Assembly: GCA_964291415.2 (NCBI GenBank)
Contig: OZ219920.1
Coordinates: 1,312,001-1,376,000, forward strand
DNA from: Alphaproteobacteria bacterium
GTDB taxonomy: Bacteria; Pseudomonadota; Alphaproteobacteria; SP197
DNA length: 64,000 bases
Direction of reading: 5' to 3'
How positions within the stretch are numbered: position 1 is the stretch's first letter; each line of letters starts with the position of its first letter. A model generated the notes under the pieces. The model had not been told where the DNA came from and did no database searches. It saw nothing but the letters and a program-made list of their open reading frames with translations. The position numbers and the translations under genes were made by a program. Positions 49,860 to 60,779 of the stretch are shown here, piece by piece.

Positions 49860-51482
49860 ATGAATGGCGGCGAGGCGCTTGTCGCCACCCTTCTTGAACA
49901 CGATGTCACAACGGCATTCTGCGTTCCCGGAGAAAGCTATCTCGCCGTTCTCGAGGCGTTGCGCCGCCACGGCAACGCCATACGCCTCGTCACCCATCGC
50001 CACGAATCGGGGGCGGCCTTCGCCGCCAACGGCTACGCCAAGATCTCGAGGCGCCCCGGCATTGCCCTGGTAAGCCGCGGTCCGGGCGCGACCAATGCCG
50101 CCATCGGCATTCACACGGCCGCCCAGGACAGCGTGCCGGTGGTTCTCTTCGTCGGTCAGGTGCCGACCCACGAGATCGGCCACGAGGCGTTTCAGGAGAT
50201 CGACTACGCCTCCTTCTACGGCACCGTCGCCAAGTCGGTGATCGAACCGGCCAGCGCCACGGACGTGGCAGACGCCACGGCACGTGCCCTCACGGTCGCC
50301 ACCACGGGCAGACCGGGTCCGGTGGTCGTGGTGCTTCCCGAGGACGTCACCCTTGGCGATGCCGAAACCCCCGTCATTCCGGGACCGACTGCCGGATTCG
50401 CCACCAGGGCATCGGCGGATGAATTCGAGCGTGCCGCATCGATGATCGAAGGAGTCGACCGCGTCCTCGTTCTGGCAGGCGAGATGGTGCGCCATGAAGC
50501 GGCCCACGACCAGCTCGACCGCCTGGCACGGCGGTCCGGCGCTGCGGTGGTCTCGGCATTTCGCTGCCAGGACTGCCTCTCCAACGACCATGAGGCCTAT
50601 GCGGGGTCGTTTGCCACTGGCCGCGCAGCGTTCCTCGACGAAGCCTGGGACGAGGCGGACCTCGTAGTGGTCGCCGGCGCCAGGTTCGACGCCATCAGCT
50701 CAGCCGACTTCCACTTCAGAGACGGACCGAAGCCCCTCGTCGTCATCCACCCGGACGCTGCCACCGTCGCCGCCCTTCGTCCCCGCCTTGGTCTGGTTTC
50801 GGATGTCGGGCCGGCTCTCGATGCCATCGCCAGCCGGCTCGCCGAACCGACCCCTGACCGGCTCGCATGGCGGGACGACCTGAGACGTGCGTGGACTCGA
50901 TTCCAGCAGGCAGCGCCGGCAGCCAGGGGACTCGTCGACATGACGGCAGTCGTCCGACACGTCAACCGGCAGCTCGAATCACGGGACCACGTCATCACCA
51001 ACGACGCCGGCAACTTCTCGACCTGGGTGCAGCGCCACTTCCGCTACCGGCTGCCGGCAAGCCAGGCCGGACCCATGTCGGGCGCCATGGGCTACGGTGT
51101 CCCGGCCGCCATTGGCGCGGCGCTCGCCCGGCCCGGCGCACGGGTTGTGGCCTTTGCCGGCGATGGCGGTTTCATGATGACCGGCCAGGAACTCACCATC
51201 GCCGTCGAAAATGGCCTCAAGGTCATCGCCGTTGTCTGCGACAACGGACACTACGGCACCATCCTGATGCACCAGCAACGCTATGCCGGACCGCGGAACA
51301 CCATCGCCGTGGCTCTTGACAGCCCGGATTTCCGGGCCATCGGCGCGGCCTACGGGGCGACTTCCTGGCGTGTCGAGCGCACCGAGGAGTTCGCGCCTGC
51401 CTTCGATGAGGCCCTCGGCCTCGACGGCCCTGCCCTCATCCATGTCGTCACCGACATCCGGGACCTCTCCGCCGGCGACTGA
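49860..51482 (+). CDS. Thiamine diphosphate-dependent enzyme (acetolactate synthase-like)
   Basis: 'VPGESY', 'RHESGA', 'RGPGATN', 'GDGGF...N'. Confidence 0.9.
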   Translation: MNGGEALVATLLEHDVTTAFCVPGESYLAVLEALRRHGNAIRLVTHRHESGAAFAANGYAKISRRPGIALVSRGPGATNAAIGIHTAAQDSVPVVLFVGQVPTHEIGHEAFQEIDYASFYGTVAKSVIEPASATDVADATARALTVATTGRPGPVVVVLPEDVTLGDAETPVIPGPTAGFATRASADEFERAASMIEGVDRVLVLAGEMVRHEAAHDQLDRLARRSGAAVVSAFRCQDCLSNDHEAYAGSFATGRAAFLDEAWDEADLVVVAGARFDAISSADFHFRDGPKPLVVIHPDAATVAALRPRLGLVSDVGPALDAIASRLAEPTPDRLAWRDDLRRAWTRFQQAAPAARGLVDMTAVVRHVNRQLESRDHVITNDAGNFSTWVQRHFRYRLPASQAGPMSGAMGYGVPAAIGAALARPGARVVAFAGDGGFMMTGQELTIAVENGLKVIAVVCDNGHYGTILMHQQRYAGPRNTIAVALDSPDFRAIGAAYGATSWRVERTEEFAPAFDEALGLDGPALIHVVTDIRDLSAGD

Positions 51483-51489
51483 ACCGGGT

Positions 51490-53355
51490 TCAGGTGCCTT
51501 CGGTTGTCGGTATCAGGCCGCCCGCATCGCCGATATCGTCAAAGCTGGCGTAGTTCATGCGATAGAGAATGCTGTAGAGACCGCCGGAAGCCATGAGGTC
51601 GTCGTGGGGGCCTTCCTCGACGATGCGACCGTCCTGCAGCACGATGATGCGGTCCGCTCCCCTGATGGTGGTCAGGCGGTGAGCGATCACCAGGGCCGTG
51701 CGTCCCTCAAGAAGCCGGGCGAGGGCCTGCTGGATCTTCAGTTCCGTGTAGCTGTCGACGTTTGCGGTTGCCTCGTCCAGCACGAGAATGGGCGCATCGG
51801 CCACCAGGGCCCGGGCAAAGCTCAGCAGCTGGCGTTCGCCGAGCGACAGGGTCACCGCACCCTGATCCAGCAGGGTGTCGTATCCCTTCGGCAGATTCAT
51901 GATGAAGTCGTGGGCTCCGACCGCACGCGCCGCTTCCGCCACCAGGTGGCGGCTGGCGTCGGCCCTGTTGTAGCGGATGTTCTCGTACACCGTCCCCGTG
52001 AAGAGATAGGGTTCCTGCAGGACCATGGCCACGTGGCGGCCGAGAGACTCCTGGGTGACATCACGGACATCGTGACCGCCAACCCTGACGGATCCCTCCC
52101 AGACATCGTAGAAGCGGTGAATCAGCGCCATGGCGCTGGTCTTTCCCGAACCGGTGGGTCCGACCAGGGCGACGGTCTCCCCGTCCTTCACCCGGAAGCT
52201 CACGTCCCTGAGGACCGGCTGATCCTCGACGTATCCGAAGGTGACATTCGCGAAGTCGACGGCGCCGTTGTTGCGGTCGAGTTCGATGGCGTCCCGTCGG
52301 TCACGCACGTCCACGTCCACATCAAGGACCTCGAAGATACGCTGACCGGCCGCCATGGCACGTTGCATGATGCTGTACTGGATGGAGAGCGACCGAATGG
52401 GATCGAAGAAGCGCTGCACGTAGAAGAGGAAAGCGACCATGACGCCAATGTCGAGGCTGTTGTCCAGCACCAGTCGCCCGCCGACGATGACGACGATCGC
52501 CATGGCGCAGCCGGTCAGAAGGTCGACCACGGGGATCAGGACATTGGCAAAGCGTGACGCTCTCAAGTGGGCATTGCGATTGTCGGCCGCCATCTCCTCG
52601 AAGAGGTCAAGATTGACGCCTTCGCGGCCGAGCTCCTGTATGGCCCGGATGCCATGGACATTTTCTGCCAGCGCGGCGTTGACGGCGCTGCTGGTTTCGC
52701 GGGCATGCAGGAACGCCCGGCGGGCCATGGGAAGCCAGACCATGCGGACGACGATCAGGACCGGCAGGACGGCGAGCGTCAGGGAAGCAAGCCGGACATC
52801 GAGGACGAGAAGAACCAAAATGATGCCCACAAGGAGGACCAGGTCGCCGATAGCGAAGATCGAGGACTCGAGGAACTCCTGGAGAGCGTAGACGTCTCCC
52901 TGCAGGCGCGACATCAGTCGGCCGACTTCCGTCTGGTCCATGAACCCCAGGGACACCACCTGCAGGTGGGCATACATGGCTCGGCGCAGGTCGAACAGCA
53001 GGTGCCCTGCGATACGCCCGACAATGCTCTCGAGAAGGAACATTGAAACGTAGTTGACGACGACAACGCTGAAGAACACACCCATGATGACGACAAGGAG
53101 GACGCGGGCACCGTCGCCTGCCGTCAGCGCATCGTCGATCGCCCAGCGTATGACGAGCGGCACCATGAGTTGCGTGGCAATGAAGAAGAGGACGGCGATC
53201 ACCGCGAGGGCGATCCGCGCGCGATAGGGAGCCAGGTGCAACAGGAAACGCGCAATCACCCAGCGATCGAAGGCACGGCCGAAGAGTTCCTCGTCGCGCG
53301 ACACCTGAGCGCCGACGACGGCAAGAGCAGGTTTCCGACTGGCCGTCACCATCAT
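51490..53355 (-). CDS. ABC exporter (TMD+NBD), heterodimer subunit
   Basis: 'GPTGSGKT', 'LSLGERQ', 'LDEATA', 'IAHRL'. Confidence 0.92.
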   Translation of the reverse strand: MMVTASRKPALAVVGAQVSRDEELFGRAFDRWVIARFLLHLAPYRARIALAVIAVLFFIATQLMVPLVIRWAIDDALTAGDGARVLLVVIMGVFFSVVVVNYVSMFLLESIVGRIAGHLLFDLRRAMYAHLQVVSLGFMDQTEVGRLMSRLQGDVYALQEFLESSIFAIGDLVLLVGIILVLLVLDVRLASLTLAVLPVLIVVRMVWLPMARRAFLHARETSSAVNAALAENVHGIRAIQELGREGVNLDLFEEMAADNRNAHLRASRFANVLIPVVDLLTGCAMAIVVIVGGRLVLDNSLDIGVMVAFLFYVQRFFDPIRSLSIQYSIMQRAMAAGQRIFEVLDVDVDVRDRRDAIELDRNNGAVDFANVTFGYVEDQPVLRDVSFRVKDGETVALVGPTGSGKTSAMALIHRFYDVWEGSVRVGGHDVRDVTQESLGRHVAMVLQEPYLFTGTVYENIRYNRADASRHLVAEAARAVGAHDFIMNLPKGYDTLLDQGAVTLSLGERQLLSFARALVADAPILVLDEATANVDSYTELKIQQALARLLEGRTALVIAHRLTTIRGADRIIVLQDGRIVEEGPHDDLMASGGLYSILYRMNYASFDDIGDAGGLIPTTEGT

Positions 53356-55253
53356 GAACTTCCGCCGCTGGCCTGCAGATCCCAGAGCGCGCGGTAGCGT
53401 CCCTCGAGCGCCAGCAGTTCCTCGTGACTCCCGCGCTCAACGATCCGTCCCTCCTCCAGGAAGATGATCTCATCGGCGTGGAGCAGCGATCGCAGACGGT
53501 GCGCGATGATGATGACGGCCCGCTCGCTGGTCAGGTCATGCAGGGACTCGTGGATGCGCTGTTCGGTGGCCGCATCCACGGCGGCGGTGGAATCGTCGAA
53601 CACGATCACGGCGCTGTCCGGCAGGACGCCACGGGCGATCGAGAGGCGCTGGCGCTGGCCTCCTGACAGCGACACGCCCCGTTCTCCGACAAGGGTGGAG
53701 TATCCGGTCGGCAGCTTCCTGATGTAGTTGTGAAGCTGCGCCGCCGCAGCGGAATGCTCGATGGCCGCCCTTCCCGCCCAGGGATCCCCATAGGCGACGT
53801 TGTGATCGATGCCTGCGGTGAACAGGAACGGCTGCTGCGGCACGATGCTGACCTGCCGGCGCAAACTGGCGAGAGTCACCGAGCGAATGTCGGCACCATC
53901 GATGGTAATGCGTCCGGCCGTCACGTCGTAGTACCTGCCGACCAGCTGTCCGATGGTGCTCTTGCCGCTGCCGGGAGGGCCCACAATGCCGAGTGTCCTG
54001 CCGGGACCCACCTCGAAATCGATGTCGCTCAACGTGCGCCTGTCGCGCGCCGAGGCAGGGTAGGCGAAGTCCACCTGCTCGAACCTCAGGACGCCCTCGC
54101 GCACCTCGAGCGGTACGGCATCCGGGTGATCGGCGATACTTGGCTCGAGGTCCAGCACGTTGAAGAGGCGTCCGCCGCACGTCGAGGCACGGGCGACGGA
54201 GTTGATCATCCAGCCGATCTGGCGCACCGGCATCTGCAGGATGGCCATGAAGGCGAGGCACTCGGCGAGCTGGCCGAGCGTGATCTCGCCGGCCATCGCC
54301 TTTTCTCCGCCGACCCACAGGACAAGGCCCATGGCGGCAAGGAAAATGAATGTCATGCGCGTGCTGGAGCGCACGAAGAGGGCTATCCGGCGATGCGACA
54401 GGGCCAACGCGCGTGCGGCGATGGTGTCGTAGCGCAACATCTCATAGGCCGTTGAGGCAAAGGCGCGAACCACGCGAATCCCGCCCAGGTTTTCCTCCAT
54501 GACCTTGGTGAGCTGCGAAAGCTCCTCCTGCAGGGCAAGCCAGGCATCACGCAACTTCAGACGGGCGCCCGAGGCCATCACGGCAATGACGGGAACGAAC
54601 CCGAGGGCCAGTACTCCCAGCACCAGGTCGATGCGGACAAGCAGGATGGCGCCGCCGACAACCAGGGTCGACAACAGCACGCACCGCAGGATCCCTGTAT
54701 CCACCCAGAGGCGCACACCCTCGATATCGAGGATTCCCCTGGTCATCAGTTCGCCGGAGTGAACGCGGTCGTGCCACGACAGGCTCAGGGACTGCAACTG
54801 CCTGTAATAGGCCATGCGCAGGTCGTAGCCGATGATCTGGCCGACCGATTCACCCTGATAGTTCTGCACCATGGCGAAGAGGCCGCGCAGAACGCTCGTG
54901 GCGATCAGCAGCATGGCGGTCGTCATCAGCGCTTCGCCTGCGAGGTCCCGGCTGATCCCGCCTCCCAGCAGACCCTGTGCTTCGTCCACCGCGCGCCCGA
55001 GGAACTGCGGGACGAACAACTGGAAGAAACCTGCGGCGAGCGCGGCAACGATGCCGAGGGCCATGCGCCAGCGGTTGCGGAACGCCATGGCCGTGATTCG
55101 CCACAGCACCCCGGCGTCAACCCGCGAAACATCGATGTTGTAGCGACCGTCGAACTCGATATCGATGCGACGCCCGGTTCGGGTCCTGTCTGAAGCCATG
55201 TTGGTGTTGTCTGGAACGTCAGGCGACGGGCCCCGGTGAACCGCTCCTGTCAC
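53352..55253 (-). CDS. ABC exporter (TMD+NBD), heterodimer subunit with degenerate Walker B
   Basis: 'GPPGSGKS', 'LSGGQRQ', 'FDDST' (Asp in place of catalytic Glu); start 55253 or 55199. Confidence 0.92.
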   Translation of the reverse strand: MTGAVHRGPSPDVPDNTNMASDRTRTGRRIDIEFDGRYNIDVSRVDAGVLWRITAMAFRNRWRMALGIVAALAAGFFQLFVPQFLGRAVDEAQGLLGGGISRDLAGEALMTTAMLLIATSVLRGLFAMVQNYQGESVGQIIGYDLRMAYYRQLQSLSLSWHDRVHSGELMTRGILDIEGVRLWVDTGILRCVLLSTLVVGGAILLVRIDLVLGVLALGFVPVIAVMASGARLKLRDAWLALQEELSQLTKVMEENLGGIRVVRAFASTAYEMLRYDTIAARALALSHRRIALFVRSSTRMTFIFLAAMGLVLWVGGEKAMAGEITLGQLAECLAFMAILQMPVRQIGWMINSVARASTCGGRLFNVLDLEPSIADHPDAVPLEVREGVLRFEQVDFAYPASARDRRTLSDIDFEVGPGRTLGIVGPPGSGKSTIGQLVGRYYDVTAGRITIDGADIRSVTLASLRRQVSIVPQQPFLFTAGIDHNVAYGDPWAGRAAIEHSAAAAQLHNYIRKLPTGYSTLVGERGVSLSGGQRQRLSIARGVLPDSAVIVFDDSTAAVDAATEQRIHESLHDLTSERAVIIIAHRLRSLLHADEIIFLEEGRIVERGSHEELLALEGRYRALWDLQASGGSS

Positions 55254-55390
55254 CGGGACCTTTTGCGTCAGGCACTTTACTATGCCGAGGCATCATCTGA
55301 CAATCCGTTCGGCCTGGCCGCTGTCAGCGGCAAAGAATCGCCTGAGCGGTCTCGTCACCTGAGGAACAGGCCGCCATAACCGAGGGCAGG

Positions 55391-56572
55391 ATGGCTCCAG
55401 GAACAGACAGAGGCGGACAGGACCGTTACAGCGCACGCTGCATTGCCAGCATCCACGACGTCGATCGAGAACAGTGGAACCGCCTTGCAGGCACCGACAA
55501 TCCATTCGTCCTCCATGACTTTCTCGCCTGCCTCGAGGACAGCGGCTCCGCGTCCCCCGAAACGGGATGGGGACCGGCACACGTCCTTCTCGAGGACGCC
55601 CGCCAACACCTCGTCGGTGCTGCTCCCGCCTGGTTCAAGAGTCATTCGATGGGCGAATATGTCTTCGATCAGGGACTTGCCGACGCCTTCGAGCGCGCTG
55701 GTGGTCACTACTACCCCAAACTCCTCGTCGCGGTGCCCTTCACCCCGGTCACCGGACCGAGGCTGCTGGTCGGAGAGACGGAGCCCGCCGAGTGTGAGGT
55801 GCGGCAGCGCGCGCTGGCGTCCGCCGTTGTCGGTCTGGCCAGGAACGCGGAAGTCTCGTCGGCCCACATCAACTTTCTGACATCGCGGGAAGAGCGCGTG
55901 GTCTCCCGCCTCGGGTTCCTCCAGCGGACCGGTATCCAGTTTCACTGGGAGAACAGGGGATACGCATCCTTCGACGGGTTTCTTGCCAGTCTGTCATCGC
56001 GCAAGCGCAAGGCCATCCGGCGCGAGCGCCGCGAGATAGCGGCCAGCGATATCGCCATCCATCGGTTGACCGGTGAGGCGCTGACCGACGAGGTCTGGGA
56101 CGCCTTCTACGGCTTCTACCGCGATACCGGGAACCGCAAGTGGGGCATACCCTACCTCACCCGCGCCTTCTTCGAACAGCTTGGCCAGCGCATGGCCGAC
56201 AACGTCGTCCTTGTCATGTGCCGGCGGGACAACCGCTGGATCGCGGGCGCCCTCAACATCAGGGGCTCATCGACACTCTTCGGCCGCTACTGGGGCTGCA
56301 TCGAGGATCACCGGATGCTTCATTTCGAATGCTGCTACTATCAGGCAATCGAGCATGCCATCTGCAACGGACTTGCCCGGGTCGAGGCCGGCGCCCAGGG
56401 CGGGCACAAGATCCAGCGTGGCTACATGCCGGTCACGACCCGTTCGTCGCACTGGTTTGCCAACCGCAGCATGCACGATGCCGTGTCCAGGTTCTTTGCT
56501 GATGAAGATGTTCACATCGGAGAGCAGGCCGACTACATCGAACGTGAACTGTCACCCTTCCGGCACACCTGA
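55391..56572 (+). CDS. FemAB-like GNAT protein (DUF482 family)
   Basis: 'KSHSMGEYVFD', 'YYPKL..VPFTP..GPR', 'GRYWG', 'HFE.CYYQ', 'EAGAQG.HK'. Confidence 0.9.
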   Translation: MAPGTDRGGQDRYSARCIASIHDVDREQWNRLAGTDNPFVLHDFLACLEDSGSASPETGWGPAHVLLEDARQHLVGAAPAWFKSHSMGEYVFDQGLADAFERAGGHYYPKLLVAVPFTPVTGPRLLVGETEPAECEVRQRALASAVVGLARNAEVSSAHINFLTSREERVVSRLGFLQRTGIQFHWENRGYASFDGFLASLSSRKRKAIRRERREIAASDIAIHRLTGEALTDEVWDAFYGFYRDTGNRKWGIPYLTRAFFEQLGQRMADNVVLVMCRRDNRWIAGALNIRGSSTLFGRYWGCIEDHRMLHFECCYYQAIEHAICNGLARVEAGAQGGHKIQRGYMPVTTRSSHWFANRSMHDAVSRFFADEDVHIGEQADYIERELSPFRHT

Positions 56573-58882
56573 TCCGCTGTTTCCGGTCACCCTTGCCGGC
56601 ACGCGTTCGCCCCTGGCGGAGTCCGCGGGGAGATTGCGCACCTGCATCTCGAAATCGAGCGCGTCGTTGTCGGTCACGATCACGGTGACATGCCCGCCAC
56701 CAACGAGATTTCCAAACAGAAGTTCGTCGGCCAGCGGCTTCTTGACATGTTCCTGGATCACGCGCGCCAGCGGTCTGGCACCGTAGGTCTCGTCATAGCC
56801 GTGGCGGCAGAGCCACTCCCTGGCCTGTGGCGACAGCGAGATCGAGACCTTGCGCTCGGCGAGCTGCGTGCCGAGCTCGCCGATGAACTTGTCGACAACA
56901 TGGCCGACGGTCTCGAGGGTCAGCGACGAGAAGGAAACGATCGCGTCAAGGCGGTTGCGGAACTCCGGCGTGAACAGCTTCTCGATGGCCTCCGTGTCTT
57001 CACCCTGGCGCGTCGCCCTGCCGAATCCCATGGGCGACCTGGCGAGTTCACTGGCCCCGATATTCGTCGTCATGATGATGATGACGTTTCTGAAATCGAC
57101 CTTCTTGCCGTTGTGATCGGTGAGTTTGCCGTAGTCCATCACCTGGAGAAGGACGTTGAAGAGATCGGGATGGGCCTTTTCTATTTCGTCCAGCAGAAGG
57201 ACGACGTGGGGATTCTGGTCCACGGCATCGGTGAGCAGTCCGCCCTGATCAAACCCGACATAGCCGGGCGGGGCACCGATCAGGCGCGAAACGGTGTGCC
57301 GTTCCATGTACTCGGACATGTCGAACCGGACGAGTTCCATGCCCGAGAACTCGGCGAGGCGCCGCGCCACCTCGGTCTTGCCGACGCCGGTCGGTCCGCT
57401 GAAGAGGTAGCTGCCGACAGGTTTCTCCGTCTCACGCAAGCCCGCACGGGAGAGCTTGATGGCATCGGTGAGCGCGTCGATCGCCTGGTCCTGCCCGAAG
57501 ACCACACCCTTGAGCTGCGCCGGGAGTTCAATCAGGGACGCCTTGTCCTGGCGTGATACCTTCCGCGGCGGAATGCGCGCCATGCGGGCGATCACCGCTT
57601 CCACATCAGCCACACCGATACTCTTGCGGCGCCGGTTCTTGGGCACCAGCATCTGTGCCGCGCCGGCCTCGTCCATCACGTCTATCGCCTTGTCAGGCAG
57701 CTTGCGGTCATGGAGGTAGCGGTCGGAGAGTTCCACCGCCGTCCTGATGGCGTCATGGGTGTAGCGAATCGCATGGAACTCTTCGTAGTAGGGCTTGAGA
57801 CCACGCAGAATCTTCACCGTATCGCCGACGGAGGGTTCCGCCACGTCGATCTTCTGGAAGCGGCGCGACAGGGCGCGATCCTTCTCGAACACGGAACGGA
57901 ATTCCTTGTAGGTGGTCGAGCCCATGCACCGCAGCGTGCCGCTCTGCAGGGCGGGCTTGAGCATGTTGGAGGCGTCCAGCGATCCTCCGGAAGCCGCCCC
58001 GGCGCCAATGACCGTGTGGATTTCGTCGATGAAGACAATGGCATTGCGATCGGCTTCGAGCGTGGTGATGACCGACTTCAGCCTCTCCTCGAAATCGCCC
58101 CGGTAGCGTGTTCCGGCGAGCAGCGCCCCCATGTCCACGGCCCAGATCGTGCACTCCGCCAACACCTCGGGCACGTCGTCTTCGGTAATCCTCCGCGCAA
58201 GGCCCTCGGCGATCGCCGTCTTGCCGACGCCCGGATCACCCACAAGAAGGGGATTGTTCTTGGTACGCCGGCACAGCACCTGGATGGTGCGCTCAACCTC
58301 CCGTTGCCGCCCGACCAGAGGGTCGGTCTTTCCGGACCTTGCCTTCTCGTTGAGATTGACACAGTAGGCTTCGAGCGCTTCGTCTCCCTGGCGGACCTCC
58401 CCCTCGCCCTCCTGCGTTCCGCGCACAACTCTGGGTTCCGACTGCCCCGGAACCTTTGAAACACCATGGCTGATGTAGCTCACGGCATCGAGTCGCGTCA
58501 TGTCCTGCTTCTGCAGGAACCAGACGACGTGACTCTCCCGTTCCGAGAACATCGCCACCAGGACGTTCGCGCCGGTCACCGCGTCCGCACCCGATGACTG
58601 GACGTGGGCTACCGCCCTGCGGAGCGTCCTCTGGAAGCCCTGGGTGGGTTTCGCCTCGACGGCCTCTTCCAGAGTGATGGAGTCAAGATTGTGTTCGATG
58701 AAATCCTCGACCTCGCTGCGGATGCGTTCGAGGTCGACATTGCAGGCCCTGAGAACCGCCACCGCATCCTCATCCTCGGTCAGCGCCAGCATCAGATGCT
58801 CGAGCGTGGCATACTCGTGGCATCGCATGTTGGCGTGCTCCAGGGCCTTGCGCAGCGTCTGTTCGAGGTTGGGCGAGATCAT
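56552..58882 (-). CDS. clpA: ATP-dependent Clp protease ATP-binding subunit
   Basis: Two AAA modules (GDPGVGKT, GPTGVGKT), 'MGF' loop, downstream of clpS. Confidence 0.96.
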   Translation of the reverse strand: MISPNLEQTLRKALEHANMRCHEYATLEHLMLALTEDEDAVAVLRACNVDLERIRSEVEDFIEHNLDSITLEEAVEAKPTQGFQRTLRRAVAHVQSSGADAVTGANVLVAMFSERESHVVWFLQKQDMTRLDAVSYISHGVSKVPGQSEPRVVRGTQEGEGEVRQGDEALEAYCVNLNEKARSGKTDPLVGRQREVERTIQVLCRRTKNNPLLVGDPGVGKTAIAEGLARRITEDDVPEVLAECTIWAVDMGALLAGTRYRGDFEERLKSVITTLEADRNAIVFIDEIHTVIGAGAASGGSLDASNMLKPALQSGTLRCMGSTTYKEFRSVFEKDRALSRRFQKIDVAEPSVGDTVKILRGLKPYYEEFHAIRYTHDAIRTAVELSDRYLHDRKLPDKAIDVMDEAGAAQMLVPKNRRRKSIGVADVEAVIARMARIPPRKVSRQDKASLIELPAQLKGVVFGQDQAIDALTDAIKLSRAGLRETEKPVGSYLFSGPTGVGKTEVARRLAEFSGMELVRFDMSEYMERHTVSRLIGAPPGYVGFDQGGLLTDAVDQNPHVVLLLDEIEKAHPDLFNVLLQVMDYGKLTDHNGKKVDFRNVIIIMTTNIGASELARSPMGFGRATRQGEDTEAIEKLFTPEFRNRLDAIVSFSSLTLETVGHVVDKFIGELGTQLAERKVSISLSPQAREWLCRHGYDETYGARPLARVIQEHVKKPLADELLFGNLVGGGHVTVIVTDNDALDFEMQVRNLPADSARGERVPARVTGNSGSGVPEG

Positions 58883-58889
58883 GGAGGGC

Positions 58890-59216
58890 TCAATCCTTCT
58901 CGAGCGTGGCCTGCAGGGGATGCTCGTTGTGCCGGGCAAAGTCGATGACCTGGGTCACCTTACTCTCGGCCACATCGAAGGGATAGACACCGCACAGTCC
59001 GACCCCGTGACGGTGCACGTGAAGCATGATGCGGGCCGCCTCCTCGGGACCCTTGTGGAAGAACCTGACCAGCACGTGAACGACAAACTCCATCGGCGTG
59101 TAGTCGTCGTTGAGCAGAAACACCTTGTACATGGACGGTTTCTGCGTCTTTTGCCGAACCTGGGTCGCGACACCAGTTCCGCTGCCATCATCGTTCTGGC
59201 GCTTGTCGTCACTCAT
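58890..59216 (-). CDS. clpS: Clp protease adaptor
   Basis: '[12 protein letters not shown]', 'IMLHVH..G', 'HPL'. Confidence 0.96.
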   Translation of the reverse strand: MSDDKRQNDDGSGTGVATQVRQKTQKPSMYKVFLLNDDYTPMEFVVHVLVRFFHKGPEEAARIMLHVHRHGVGLCGVYPFDVAESKVTQVIDFARHNEHPLQATLEKD

Positions 59217-59485
59217 GAGGCACCATCGGACGCTACGAATGCTACGAGAGCAACCATACTCCCAAAGTTATTGGCAGACCACACAGGGACGTTTGCGCCA
59301 TCGCGATCCTTGGCGTCCCGGCCGCCACAGTCACCACCGAGCTATCCGTCACGATTACGGAGTGGCGCCGAACGGCTGGAACCGTGACGGCACCACGGTT
59401 GTCTCGGGGCGGATTTGCCCCTTGGTTCTTATCGAACTTATGTCATATTATCTTCACAAGAAAAACTCAGGTAAGAAGACTTAAA

Positions 59486-60664
59486 CTGGATCCCAGGCAG
59501 AACCCCTATGCGCCGGGCGCCGGCACGCCCCCGCCCGAACTTGCAGGGCGAGACGAACTGATCGAGCGAGCCGCCATCGCGCTGGACCGCATTCGCGCGG
59601 GGAAGTCGGCTCGAAGCATCATCCTCCATGGGATGCGCGGGGTCGGCAAGACGGTCCTGCTCAACCGCATGCGGCTGGACGCCGAGGCGCGCGGTATCGC
59701 CAGTGTCAAGGTGGAAGCTCCCGAGGGGCGGTCTCTGCCGGCCCTGCTTGTTCCGGCGTTGCGGACAACCCTCTTGCGCCTGAGCCGGGGAGAGGCGCTC
59801 AAGGATGGTTTGCTGAAAGGCATGAGGACCCTGGCAAGTTTCACCAGGGCTCTCAAGGTCAAGTATGAGGACATTGAACTCAGCGTCGATGTCGATCCCG
59901 AAACCGGACTGGCTGACAGCAGCGACCTCGACACGGATCTCATGGATCTCGTTGTAACCCTCGGCAATGTCGCCGGCGAGCGCGCCACCGCAATCGTACT
60001 CTTCATTGACGAATTGCAGTATGTGCCGGAAGACCAGCTCGCTTCCCTGATATCTGCATTCCATGGCGCCGGTCAGGAGCAACTGCCCATCACCATGGTG
60101 GCGGCAGGACTGCCCCAGCTGGTCGGGCGAACCGGAGACGCCAAGTCCTATGCAGAACGCCTCTTTGAGTTCGCGTCCGTCGATCGCCTCGACGACGAGG
60201 ACGCCCGTGACGCCATCGTCGTGCCTGCTTCCAGAGAGGGGGTAGCCTTCGAACCCGGTGCAGTATGCGAGATTCTGCGCCAGACACGTGGCTATCCCTA
60301 CTTCCTCCAGGAGTGGGGCAAGCACAGTTGGGACGTCGCCGAAGCTTCCCCGATTGAACTCGACGATGCGTTGCGCGCAACGACCGACGCGCTCGCTGAA
60401 CTCGATGCGAGCTTTTTCCGCGTGCGCTTTGATCGGCTGACGCCGACGCAAAAGCGCTACATGCGCGCCATGGCCGAACTTGGGCCCGGACCCCACCGAT
60501 CCGGCGATATCTCCCACATCCTGAATCGGCAGGTCACCTCGGTCGCCCCCATACGCAACGCGCTGATCGCCAAGGGTATGATCTACAGCCCCGCCCACGG
60601 CGACACGGCATTCACAGTACCGCTCTTCGATGGTTTCATGAAGCGGATCATGCCGCAGTTCTGA
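59486..60664 (+). CDS. AAA-family (AAA_16/archaeal ATPase-like) P-loop ATPase with C-terminal wHTH
   Basis: 'NPYAPGAG', Walker A 'GMRGVGKT', Walker B 'FIDELQ', 'GYPYFLQEWG'; start codon uncertain. Confidence 0.82.
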   Translation: MDPRQNPYAPGAGTPPPELAGRDELIERAAIALDRIRAGKSARSIILHGMRGVGKTVLLNRMRLDAEARGIASVKVEAPEGRSLPALLVPALRTTLLRLSRGEALKDGLLKGMRTLASFTRALKVKYEDIELSVDVDPETGLADSSDLDTDLMDLVVTLGNVAGERATAIVLFIDELQYVPEDQLASLISAFHGAGQEQLPITMVAAGLPQLVGRTGDAKSYAERLFEFASVDRLDDEDARDAIVVPASREGVAFEPGAVCEILRQTRGYPYFLQEWGKHSWDVAEASPIELDDALRATTDALAELDASFFRVRFDRLTPTQKRYMRAMAELGPGPHRSGDISHILNRQVTSVAPIRNALIAKGMIYSPAHGDTAFTVPLFDGFMKRIMPQF

Positions 60665-60779
60665 GGAAGTCACTCACCGAGAAGTGGCGCAACTCCCGGA
60701 CCCCGATGCATGCAGCCCTTTGCAGGACGTCGGGTGCCAGACGGTGCGGTCAATGACACCGTGGACGATGCCGATCTGC

